NCBI GenBank assembly: GCA_965249485.1
Contig: OZ252239.1
Location: forward strand, 1,152,001-1,216,000
Direction of reading: 5' to 3'
DNA length: 64,000 bases
Source of the DNA: a bacterium
GTDB lineage: Bacteria > SM23-31
The translations under genes and the position numbers were made by a program. This document shows, one piece after another, positions 1-11,195 of this stretch. A model generated the notes under the pieces. It saw only the letters and a list, made by a program, of their open reading frames with translations. It was not told where the DNA came from and did no database searches. Position 1 is the first letter of the stretch; the number at the start of each line of letters is the position of its first letter.

Positions 1-2109
1 GTTATCACCGAGGGGCCGTTTATTGTAGCCAAGACGACGAATACGATCACGGTAGAAAGGAAGACCGATGAACGGAGTGACTCATTCGTGAACTTTGGTC
101 TCGATAACAACTATGGATCGGTCAAAGGTGAAACTGAAAACGTGAGTGATCACAAGATCACACTCACGAACCTGGATTCGGCGACTGTCTATAACTTCCA
201 GGTAGCGTCGACCGATTTGAGCCCCAACGGTCCCGCTCTCAGCGGTAACCTGGCGGTATCGACCTTGACCACAGCTGATGATACTCCGCCGGAAATAACT
301 GCCGGACCGGTCATACAGTCGATCACCGATGACCAGGCAACCATTACCTGGGAAACAGACGAAGCTTCGGATACAAGGATAGACTTCGGTACCGATCCGA
401 TAGTCCTTGACCAGACGAGGATAGTGACGGAAGACGTGACGGTACACAGCATCACGCTGACGAATTTATCACCTGACACGACCTACTTCTTCCAGGTCAA
501 TTCAACCGATGCGAGTGATAACGGACCTGTATCGAGCGCTCTGCTGCAGTTTAGCGCAGCATCCGGACCGGATCTGACGCCTCCCGCTGTTTCGAATATC
601 GTACTGCTCTCCGTTACTGATGTATCGGCCACGATCCAATACGAAACGAGTGAACTTGGTGACACGTTCGTCAACTTTGGTCTTGATTCGACCACTTCCG
701 GTAATGCAGGTAGCTCTTCAGACGTCATGACTCACGTGGTCACCCTGACGAATCTCCTCGCGGATACAACGTACCACTTTACCCTTGGCTCAATAGACAA
801 GAGCGGTAATGAAACCATTGCCACACCTGATGCGTCTAAGCTGGGTAAAATAAGCACTGGATTTAATATATCCCTCGCAAATGATACATTCACGTTTGAG
901 ACAGCGGATTCCCCTGATACCGATGCACCTGCTGAACCTTCCGGGCTTGCCGGTGTGGTCGGTAATGGTCAGCTGCAGGTTAGCTGGTCTGCAAATACGG
1001 AACTTGATTTAGACGGCTATAATGTCTATCGCAGCGTAGACGGCGGAGCGTTCCAGTTGATCGAATCACTCATTGAGGATACGTCTTACTCCGCTGCTGG
1101 TCTGACCAATGGATCGACCTACGAATACAAGATCTCCGCAGCTGACAAACAGGTGCCGTTCAATGAAAGTACATAGGCAACGTCAGGTGCGTTACTGCCC
1201 GACGGAGCCCTGACAGTAGCAATACCTGGCAGACAATTACCATCAGAAGGACAAAGTATTCGTAACGATGAGATCAATTTACAGGTAAATAATATAACAC
1301 TGCCTGCAGGCAGAACAGATATCACCTATGAATTCGTGGTTGCGGCAGAAGCTGACTTCTTTAGCCAGGTGGCATCTGCCACAGGCGTTATCGAAGGTGA
1401 TGAACAGACCACCTGGATTTCTGGTGCAAGCCTGAACGATGATCAGGTTTATTATTGGAAAGTCAGAGCGTTTGATGGATTTTTCCATGGTGAGTGGTCA
1501 GAGACCTTCACTTTTAACGCCGATGCTTCTGTCCCGACAAGCGTCAAACTGATCGATTTCTGGGGTGATATTAGCGGCAATGCAGTTGTGCTCAACTGGT
1601 TAACTTCTATCGAAGTTGATAACTCCGGATTTACTATTTACCGGAGCCTTGAAGAGAACAAGAATTTTGTCAAGGTTGGTGAGATTGTATCCGGCGGCGG
1701 TGATAGCAACTACTCATTCGAAGACAGCGGCATACAAGGCGGCAATACCTATTTCTACCGTCTGGAAGCTTTGAGTACATTCGGAACGGCTGAAGTGCTG
1801 GGTACTATTTCAGTTCAGGCGATGCTTCCGGTGACGTTTCAGCTGCACCAGAATTATCCGAATCCGTTTAATCCGACAACGACGATCAAATTCGATCTTC
1901 CAAAACAATCGAATGTCCAGATCAAGATCTACAACATGCTCGGACAGGAAGTAAAAACACTGCTCAATGAAGAGCGTGTTGCAGGATTCTACGACTTGAA
2001 ATGGGATAGTAGAAATAATAATGGAATTCCAGTCTCAAGCGGAATCTATATTTACCGAATTGTTACCGGGGATTTTGTCAAAGCAAGGAAGATGTTACTG
2101 ATACGGTAA
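1..2109 (+). pseudogene. Large exported FN3/purple-acid-phosphatase-N-type repeat protein with C-terminal FlgD-Ig/T9SS-like sorting domain; 5'-truncated by the window, with an in-frame TAG at 1174-1176
   Basis: Frame is open from base 1. Repeats of about 95 aa (TITWETDE..H.VTLTNL..T.Y.F.V.S.D). ORFs 88-1176 and 1336-2109 are in the same frame, separated only by TAG (NEST*ATSG). C-terminus QNYPNPFNPTTTIKF...SSGIYIYRI...KMLLIR. Confidence 0.85.
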
Positions 2110-2232
2110 GTTTTTTTTAAATTTGCCATTACATATTGATAATCTGAAAGACAAAGCATATATTGTTGTGCAACTGGTGAAATGGTTTATTTTTACCAAG
2201 TCCATTACCGTATGTCTGAAGTACGGATGTAA

Positions 2233-5200
2233 ATGAATTACTCTATGTAAAATGTAAAAGTAATAGCGGCAGTTCTTTGTATACTCGCGGGTATCAGCAG
2301 TGCTGCCGCACAGCAATTTGTCAACTCCGGCCAGGTACTGCCAGGCCTCTATGCGGGTTCAGCTGATTGGGGAGACCTAAATGAAGACAATACACCCGAT
2401 CTGTTGCTTACCGGCCTCGATGATACGGGAACACCCGTGACATTGATATATGATAACAGTGCAGGGGTGTTAACGCAAGCTTCCAACTCGATAACGGGTG
2501 TCTATTATGGAGAAGCACGGTGGTCGGATTTCGATAATGACGGTGATCTCGATATTTTTGTTATCGGACTTGACAGCGAAGATGATTTGATTGCTGAAAT
2601 CTGGAAGAATCAGAACGGTGCATTTATCAGAGACGACAACCAGACACTCACCGGACTGCGCTATGCGTCAGTGTCGTGGGGTGACTATGATCGTGACGGT
2701 CTGACCGATGCGATTACAACGGGAATGAATAATCTCGGTGAACCGAAAACAATACTCTATCGTAACGAAAAGGTCGGTTTGCAGTATCTCCTGATGGAAG
2801 AATTACTCCAGCCGCTTTTGAACATAGCAAAAGGGAGTGCTTCATTTGGTGACATCGATGATGACGGTGATCTCGATCTTGCAATTTCCGGTTTTGACGC
2901 AACCGGTTTCGCCAATGCGGCTGTATACAAAAATGAACCCTTAGGATTTTTTACCTACGATAACCGAAATTCACCACTCCTGCAGAAATCATCATCCGGT
3001 TCACTTCTATGGTTTGATTCTGACGCTGATGGATTCCAGGATATTCTCCAGACAGGACTCAATTCTGTATGGGAAGCAGAAATCTCTCTCTTTGAAAACG
3101 AACGTGACGGATCGTTATCAGACAATCTCCTCAGCAGTACTACTGATGTTGCCGGAAAAATTCGAGCCGGTGACCTGACGAATGACGGCCTGATAGATGT
3201 TGCTGTATCCGGTAAAAATGAGTCTTCGACACTGTTTGGAACCACGCTTGATGGCCAGCCGGACGGGTCGTTTGATGAAAACCTTCTGAAATTCGGAGGA
3301 GTAAGGGATGGTGATTTAGCACTTGCTGATTACGACAATGATGGAAAACTCGATATTCTTGTAAGTGGTGTTAATAGTTCCGGAGAATTTACGACAATTT
3401 TATACCGGAATTCCACTGCCGGTGCAGGTTCCGTACCGCAGCCGCCCGCCTCGATCGATGCGGCTGTTGTAACGAATGACCGGATCATTCGTAAGCTGGG
3501 ATAAAGGTTCTGACAATCTATCACCGGACAATACTCTCACCTATAATGTGCGGATCGGAAACCAGGGTTCACAAAATGAAATTTTCTCCGGTGTCATTCC
3601 GGTCGGTCCGGGAAATGTCGGATCGCAGCTTCGATTTGCTGTCAACACACAACTCGCAGAAGGGACCTACACGTTCAGTGTCCAGACAGTCAATGTCCAG
3701 TATGAACGATCAGCATGGTCTCAGGAGCAGGTATTCACGGTCGAGCAGTTTGTGAGTTCGCTGCAGAATATTTCCGGATTTCAATTCGCGGCAATGGAGT
3801 GGGGTGATTATGATAATGACGATGATCTCGATCTTGTTACTGCAGGAACCGATGCAAATGGCAACAACAGGACAGTTTTATATATAAATGAAAATGGCAT
3901 TCTCGCAGAAGACCGGACGGTCAACAATAATCTGATCAAATTCAATTACGGCGATTTTTCGTGGGGGGACTACGATAATGACGGCGATCTTGATCTTGCC
4001 TACACCGGATTTTTTGTTCGTGAAAGTGCAACATCGGGTATCTATGTAAATAACAACGGTGTCCTGACAGAGTTAAAAGAACCGTTTACCCCCGTCGGAT
4101 TCGCGTCACTGGACTGGGGGGACAATGACAACGATGGTGACCTCGATTTAGCGGTAATGGGTAAAACATCAATTGGTCCGTTCAGCGCCGAAATTTACCG
4201 AAATGATGACGGTGTATTAACAGAAGATTCAAATCAAAGTTTACTTGGGTATGCGCTTGGAACTTTGCACTGGGTAGACTATGATAACGACGGTGATCTC
4301 GATCTTTCGATTTCAGGGCAATCTTCAAATTTCGACAACAAATTACGGCTGTACAAAAACGATCCGACCGGCACGCTGATCGAAGACAGTGGCAATGCAG
4401 ATTTTCCGGCACTGCCGTCAAGCGATCATGAGTGGGCAGACATCGATGTTGACGGTGATCTTGACTTGATCGTAACAGGGGTCTTTGAGAATCAATTTGA
4501 CGAAACAAGAATTTACCGTAATTTCCCGACCGGTACGTTGACTGAGCAGTCAGTCCTTTCGGCAAATCTGCAGGGAGGTCGGGGTGGCGCCCTCACGGTA
4601 GGTGATTATGATAACGACGGTGATCCTGATTTTGTCGTATCCGCGTTTGATGGCCAATTCTCATTTGCACCACTTCTGAAAATCTATAAAAACAATGGGA
4701 TATCGTATAATGAAGAAATATTAACAGTTTTGCAAGGAAACGGCATTGATTTCAGTTCTGTTTCGCTCATCGATATAGAGGGAGATGGTGACCTTGAGTT
4801 GACAGCAATCGGCAGGAAAAAATTCGATGAATCGACGTTCCTGGCGAGCTCCACCGTCTATGATAATGTTGGTGCCCGGAGCAATCCGAATACGCCACCG
4901 GCACAGGTTACCGGTCTGTCATCACAGGTCAGTAATGGAACTGCAACACTTTCCTGGGATACAACGGTCGATTTTCCGATCGGTGATGCTCTGAGGAACA
5001 ATATGACCTACCAAATCAGAGTCGGTACAACATTCGGTGGTAATGAAATCATTTCGGGTCTTCAAACACCGGGAATCGGAAAATACGGATCGATTACGAG
5101 CAGAACGGTATCCGGCTTGACAAGTGGTGAATTCTTTTGGAGTGTCCGGGCAGTTGATAACGGCCTCGCTGTATCCGAATGGTCAGTGGAAAACAATTTT

Positions 5201-6613
5201 CGTGTCGATACCGATCCACCATCAGTCTCATCGGAGTCGGTAACGGTTACACCCGACTCTACCGGCGTCAATACCGTAACGCTCTTCATAGTAATTGACG
5301 AGAATTTTGAGCTCGATCTCACAGTTGAACCGGATGTAACGGCAACACTGCCGGGAAATGTCTCAGTGCCCGTCGGAAAGTTGTCATACTCGGGTAATAC
5401 GTGGATCGGTGAACTGGATATATTGGAGTCATTTTCAAGTGGGATGGCTTCCGTCAGTGTGTCCAGTGTAACAGATGCTGTCGGAAATGTCATGACGGCA
5501 GCAGTTGATATTAAAGAGTTTTTTGTTGATACCGAGCGCCCACTGGTGGAAACAACTAATCCGCCATTCGTTGCCAATGCAGTCCAGGAGGGAGTGAAAA
5601 CAAACATATCTCTTGAAGCGACTTTCAACGAAACGATAGATCCCGGTTCCGTCGCAAACGATGTATTGAAGCTATTTCTCGGTTCTCAGGAAGTCAGTCC
5701 GAGTTCCGATGTCGTCCTCAGCAGCGATGGTCTCAGCATATCAGCTCTCTATTCAGATCTTGAATCTGAAACAGAGTACCGTGCTGTTGTTGTTTCGACT
5801 ATTCGTGACAGGGTAGGAAATACAATGCAGGGAGATTTTAACTGGCAGTTCAAAACAACACGGGTCCTTTCGGCATCGAGTGGTGGTGAGATCGCAACGG
5901 CAGATAACAGTGTTGTTCTCTTTTTCCCGCCGTAGGCAATTCAGAATGATGTTGCAATAGCGATCGATGTCGTCAATCCTTTTCCGCTTCCCGATGATGT
6001 AACATTTGTGAATATTGCCTATCACATCGGTCCGGAAGACGATCTGGATCTCAACAAACCGACACAACTGACGTTAGCATATAGTGATGAGGATTTATCA
6101 CAAGTCATTAAAGCTGCAGCGAAATTCGGCGCAGCTTTTATTGATGAAACAAAACTTTCGCTTTACCGGCAGGAGAGCAGCAATCCATCGAATTGGGACC
6201 GGATCGGGGGCACCGTCGATGCAGAAAATAATTTTGTAACAGCGTCGGTCGATAAACTCGGTACGTTTGCACTCTTTGAGGATTTAACCGATTCCGCCGG
6301 TGCAGCAGGAATTTCAAATGTATCATTTACACCACGTGTGTTTTCACCAAAGGGATCAGGCAGTTTCAGGACATCAACGAGTGTTAATTATTCACTCGGA
6401 ACGTCAGGAAGTGTATCTATACGAATATTCAATACAGCCGGCCGGCCGGTCAAAAAACTGATCGACAATGCTTCCAGAAATGCAGGACAAAACTCAGAAG
6501 AGTGGGATGGCAGTGATGGCGACGGCAGATTCCTGCCGACAGGATTATATATTGTACATATTAGTGGAAATGGTGCAACCGAGATGAAATCGGTTGCAAT
6601 AGCAAATCAATAA
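2233..6613 (+). pseudogene. Large exported FG-GAP/VCBS repeat protein with FN3, Ig-like, ZU5-like and C-terminal FlgD-Ig domains; disrupted
   Basis: Many WGDYDNDGDLD repeats. Signal peptide M*NVKVIAAVLCILAGISSAAA is interrupted by TAA at 2248-2250. Frameshift near 3490 joins ORFs 2404-3504 and 3476-5935. In-frame TAG at 5933-5935 (FFPP*AIQ) continues into ORF 6008-6613, which ends PRVFSPKG...WDGSDGDGRFLPTGLYIVHI. Confidence 0.85.
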
Positions 6614-6638
6614 ATGTTCATGTGAGATAAATCCGGCA

Positions 6639-8155
6639 ATGAAGAGAAGAGTAACATATATAACAAAAACGATAGCTTTTTCTGTGCTGATCTATTCATC
6701 AGCCGTGAGCCAGCAGGTAACATTTTCGGAGAAGACAAATCAGGCTGGTGTGGTTATGGATTTTTTCTCGCGCTGGTCTACCGGACAGGCATGGTCAGAT
6801 TACGATAACGACGGATTTCTCGATGTCTACATAACTGCATGGGGACAGGCTTCGACAGGACTCGGGCAAAACGCACTATATCAGAATAAGGGCGCAATTT
6901 CTTCCGGCAAAGAGTTCCAAAATATTGCCTCTTCGACAGGAGTCCAACGTTTTGAAAACAGCGTTTCCTCAGCCTGGGCAGATTTTGACAATGACGGTGA
7001 TGAGGACCTCTTTGTTGCTAATTTTTCTGAAGGGGATATTGTTTTCAAAAATCTTTTAACCGAATCCGGCTCTGCAATATTTCTCGATGTCACCTCGTCT
7101 ATGAGTTTTATCAACGAATCGGTTGGCCGGTCAATGGGCGCTGCATGGGGTGACTATAATAATGACGGATTTCTCGACATTTATGTTGCTAAATTCTGGG
7201 GTAGGAATGCTCTCTATCAAAATAACGGCGGAACATCTTTTTCCCTGCTTGACGGAGTTGCAGCAGATATCCGGGACAGCGAATGGGCTGATTGGATCGA
7301 CTATGACGACGATGGCGATGTCGATCTCTATGTCGTGAACCGCGAACAGGAGAACAGACTCTACAGAAATGATGATGGTGAGTTTACCAGTGTATTCGGC
7401 GACCTGAGTAACACAGAGTTCGGCCGGTACAGTGTATGGATCGATTATGATAACAACGGCCTGATCGATTTGTTTCTTGGAAATATCGGAGCCAATTCAC
7501 TCTATAAGCAGGACCCGGCTGGAACATTTACAAATGTTGCCGGATTTTCGGGTGTGCAATCTGCGTCGAATGCCTGGGATACGTGGGGCGCAACCTGGGG
7601 TGATTACGACGGAGATGGGGATCAGGATCTCTTTTTCACAGGCGGTTTTGATGAAATAGCACCTTCGGACGATTTTGCCGGCACGTCAGGTAGTGTCCTT
7701 TTCGAAAATAATAACGGTTCGTTTATAGACAGGACAACGGAAGCGAATATTCTGCGCGGTGCAATAGATTTCAATGCTTCTGAAGATGTTGCGAGCTTTG
7801 CGAGTTCGGCAGCATTTGCTGACTATGACAACGACGGCGATCCTGATCTACTGATTACCAACACCCATCAAAATCTTTTGTTTGAAAACCAGTACAGGGG
7901 AAAGGTTTTGGATTTAATAACAGAAATGGTCTCGGATCAAAAGTACGTGTATATAACGTAAACGATCCAACGACACTCATTGCGGTTCAGGAAATCAGTT
8001 CGGGGCCGGAGCCGCAAATTGCGCAGTTTGCGCTTGACCCGGCAGAAACCTATTTGGTATCGGTAACCTTTTTAAAAAACGGTTCAACACCACCTGTGAC
8101 TGTCTCAGAAACAAATATATCAGTACCGTCTGAAACGGTAGTTATAGAACCGTGA
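6639..8155 (+). pseudogene. CRTAC1/ASPIC-UnbV-like FG-GAP protein; frameshift or small deletion near 7890
   Basis: Signal peptide and DYDNDG repeats. After LLFEN the ASPIC-like tail (VQGKG..NRNGLGSKVRV...QEISSG...VTF) continues in another frame to TGA at 8153-8155. Confidence 0.8.
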
Positions 8156-8186
8156 TGGTCGTAAAGATGTTTTTTAAAGATAATCT

Positions 8187-10533
8187 ATGAAAAAAACGTG
8201 CTCATATATTGCATTGCTCCTGTTACTATTGAGCTCTGCTCCGGTATTCGGACAGGTATCAAAAGTTTCAAACGAAATTGAAGTCGGAGTACGCGCACTT
8301 GGCATGGGTGGAGCCTTCACCGGTGTCGCCAATGATGCAAACGCGCTGTTCTGGAATCCCGCCGGAATCGTTACGCTTCAGCGCCAGGAATTGACCTCGA
8401 TGTACAGCGATCTGTATAAGAACCTTGGCCTGGGGAACAGTTATCTCGGTTATGTGCTCCCGATTGGTGATAATCATGCCTTCGGCGTTGATTGGATGCA
8501 TCTCGGACAAGATGATGACGGTCTCAGTTTCAAACAGGACGTCTTTTCTCTTGCTTATTCGTTACGGCTGCCATGGTGGAATCTCTCCGTCGGTCCGAAA
8601 GTGAAAATGTTGAACGTCGATAACTCCATTGATGGGGTATCCGCAACAAATGCAAGCGGATTGGGATATGATTTTGGCGTTTTGTTCAGTCCTCTTCCCG
8701 GTCTCCGTGTAGGTATTGTTGCAAAGGATATCGGTAATACATCCATTACCCATCAAAACGACCAGACTGAAGAACTCTCACCGCAGAAATTCAGATTTGG
8801 CGCATCGTACACACCGTTTGAAGGTTTCCTTTTGTCTGCTGCAGCAGATGATAGAATCAGGGTTGGTGCAGAGTACTGGCTCCTCAGCTCATTTGCTGTC
8901 CGAGGGGGGTATCAGAAAGAACTTGACATTGTATCCGACATAAGCAGTTCAAACTACTATTCGGGCGGGTTCAGCGCAAAGTATAAGATTGTCCAATTTG
9001 ATTATGCAATAGAAGACCACCCTTATTTACCGGTGACACAGCGTTTTGGCGTCTCATTTACGTTTAATCCTGCGCTTGTATCAATCAGAAGCGCGACGAT
9101 CCGGCCGGTACCGTTATCCAGGTCACTCTACAGGAAATATTCGGATGAAGAGTTTGCCCAGATAATATTGAAAAATTCATCACAGGAACAGCTTCCGATC
9201 CGTGTGCAGCTCGATATTCCGACTGTCACGTCTCAGCCGTACGAGCAGGAACTGATTCTCGATCCGCAGTCGACAAAATCCTATCCGCTCAACATTTCTC
9301 TTTCGAATGAAATTCTTGAAGCGCGCGGCTCCTCATACGACAATCTTGTGTAGCCAATTCTGACAATCAGTTATGAGCAGGATAGAAACATACGTGAAAC
9401 AAGTCAGAATATGGACCCGCTCTATGTTCTCGGCAAGAATAAAATTAGCTGGAGTGTCCCTGAACGTGCCGCTGCATTTATAACACCCGAAGACGAGATT
9501 GTAAACAAGTTTGCGCGCACTATTGTTCAGCAGTACAATGAAGTACTTGTCGATCAGTACAACAATTCAAATCTGGGACGTGCAACGGTGTTGTTCGATG
9601 CGCTCGGAAGACATGGTATCGTCTATCAAGCTGATCAGGCGACACCTTGGTATCTCATTGCATCCGACAGCTCAATATTTGATAACATCCAATACCCGGC
9701 AGAATTGTTAAACAGTAAAATTAGGTGACTGCGACGACTGTACCGTATTGTACGCAAGCCTTCTAGGCAATCTCAACATCGATACAATTCTGCTCGATGT
9801 CGATGCACCCGGAGCGGGACATATTTATCTGATGTTCGATAGTGGTGTTGCGGTTGATGAAGTTGATTCACAACCATTTGACAGGTCGGAAATTGTAATA
9901 CATGAAGACCGTGTTTGGATCCCTGTGGAGACAACGATGTACGGTCACTCATTTACCGCAGCATGGAGAAATGGCGCAGACGAATACCATCTCCGTGAAG
10001 AACAGGGATATATTCATGAAATCGATGTCTCGGCAGCGCTCCAGGTATATCGGGCTGGACAGCCCCTCGTGCAGGATGTTCAGGTCCCGGCACGAGAAAC
10101 GGTAGATGAACTGGTCAATATCGATTTAGACGCTTATGACACACGTATTCAGGAGTTTGCACTGGCCGGTGCAGTTTCGATGGATGATCCCGACGGTGTA
10201 TACGATGCGGGAGCAGCATATTTACGCTTCAACAGATTAAATGATGCAGTCGAATTACTTACAAGAGTCCTCGAACTTCAACCGGACCATGCCGACGCGA
10301 TCAATGCACTCGGTGTTGTGTCTGTACGCCAAGGAAGTTACGATGAAGGTGTTGAATTTTTTAACCGTGCAGCCGAACTCATGCCGAATAACGCTGGTGT
10401 CCGGCTCAATATAGCAATATCACTTTATTTAATGGGAAGACGAGCGGAAGCAGGCGAAGAATACGACCGAGCTGTTGAAATGGACAATACACTCAGGGAT
10501 CTCCTCCAGTTTCTCAATCCTGACGAACGCTAA
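8187..10533 (+). pseudogene. PorV/PorQ-like outer-membrane barrel fused to a transglutaminase-like (GDCDD) domain and C-terminal TPRs; disrupted
   Basis: N-terminal GVRALGMGGAFTGVANDANALFWNPAG (PorV/FadL-like). In-frame TAG at 9351-9353 (DNLV*PIL) joins ORF 9411. A frameshift near 9723 restores KI-GDCDDCTVLYASLL, followed by GHIYLMFD, WIPVETT and TPR-like repeats. Confidence 0.8.
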
Positions 10534-10603
10534 CAGGAACAAAGTTTACTATAACGCAGTATAGTCAAATAGGTTATTATCATATAAAATGGAGGAATTA
10601 ACA

Positions 10604-11113
10604 ATGAATAAAAGAATAGTAATCCTAATTATGAGCATATGCATAATGAGTCTGGTGCTGGCGGGAATAGGCTTTGCTCAGGATACTGAGAAAAAAGCGG
10701 AAGAGCCACAGAAATTCAAAGTATCGGACGACTTTTTGAACTCATGGAAAAAAGTTGGTGATATGACAAAAGAAATCCGGTCATTCAAAACCGAAGCGGC
10801 AGTCACCGTTGCGGGTGTCCGTGGAGCGGAAGCAGAAGATGTAGCACTGAAACATCTCTACTTCAAGGGTGGAGTAAGATATCCGAACAAACTTGAACTC
10901 CTGAATGCTCTTGAAATATTGGTAAGTCATATCGCCGATAATCCGGACGATCCATCGATAGCACAAAGCAAATTTTTAGTCGGGCAGATCAGTGTTCAGA
11001 TTGGTGAATCCGAAAAAGGCCTTGGTGTATTCAATGATATTGCAGATAACCATTCGGACAGCGACTATGCCGAACTCGCATTAGCAGAGATCGAAAAAAT
11101 CGAAAATCGGTAA
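10604..11113 (+). CDS. Exported hypothetical protein with VAGVRG motif and C-terminal TPR/CpoB-like helices
   Basis: GGAGG RBS at 10591-10595, Sec signal peptide (GFA|QD), TPR-like P....A.SKFLVG...G..F..I...H..S.YA. Confidence 0.75.
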   Translation: MNKRIVILIMSICIMSLVLAGIGFAQDTEKKAEEPQKFKVSDDFLNSWKKVGDMTKEIRSFKTEAAVTVAGVRGAEAEDVALKHLYFKGGVRYPNKLELLNALEILVSHIADNPDDPSIAQSKFLVGQISVQIGESEKGLGVFNDIADNHSDSDYAELALAEIEKIENR

Positions 11114-11131
11114 GAATTATTTGATATCTAG

Positions 11132-11163
11132 AAAACCCCGGTTTGTATTAGAGCGGGGTTTTT
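11132..11163 (+). terminator. Rho-independent terminator-like hairpin
   Basis: AAAACCCCG-N13-CGGGGTTTTT downstream of ORF 10604-11113. Confidence 0.6.
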
Positions 11164-11195
11164 GCGTCTAAAACGAACCAGATAAGGACCCGTCA

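Noticed and set aside
2404..7860. Recurrent GAYTAYGAYAAYGAYGG-like DNA repeats as a CRISPR or other repeat array
   Set aside because: They are degenerate codons for FG-GAP DxDxDG protein motifs, not identical spaced repeats.
1174..9353. Genome-wide TAG reassignment (Gln or pyrrolysine)
   Set aside because: TAG ends rpsR, hppA, dcd and hemB at their expected C-termini. The same disrupted genes also carry TAA stops and frameshifts. No suppressor tRNA or pyl genes are in the window, and the tRNA-Gln has a normal UUG anticodon.
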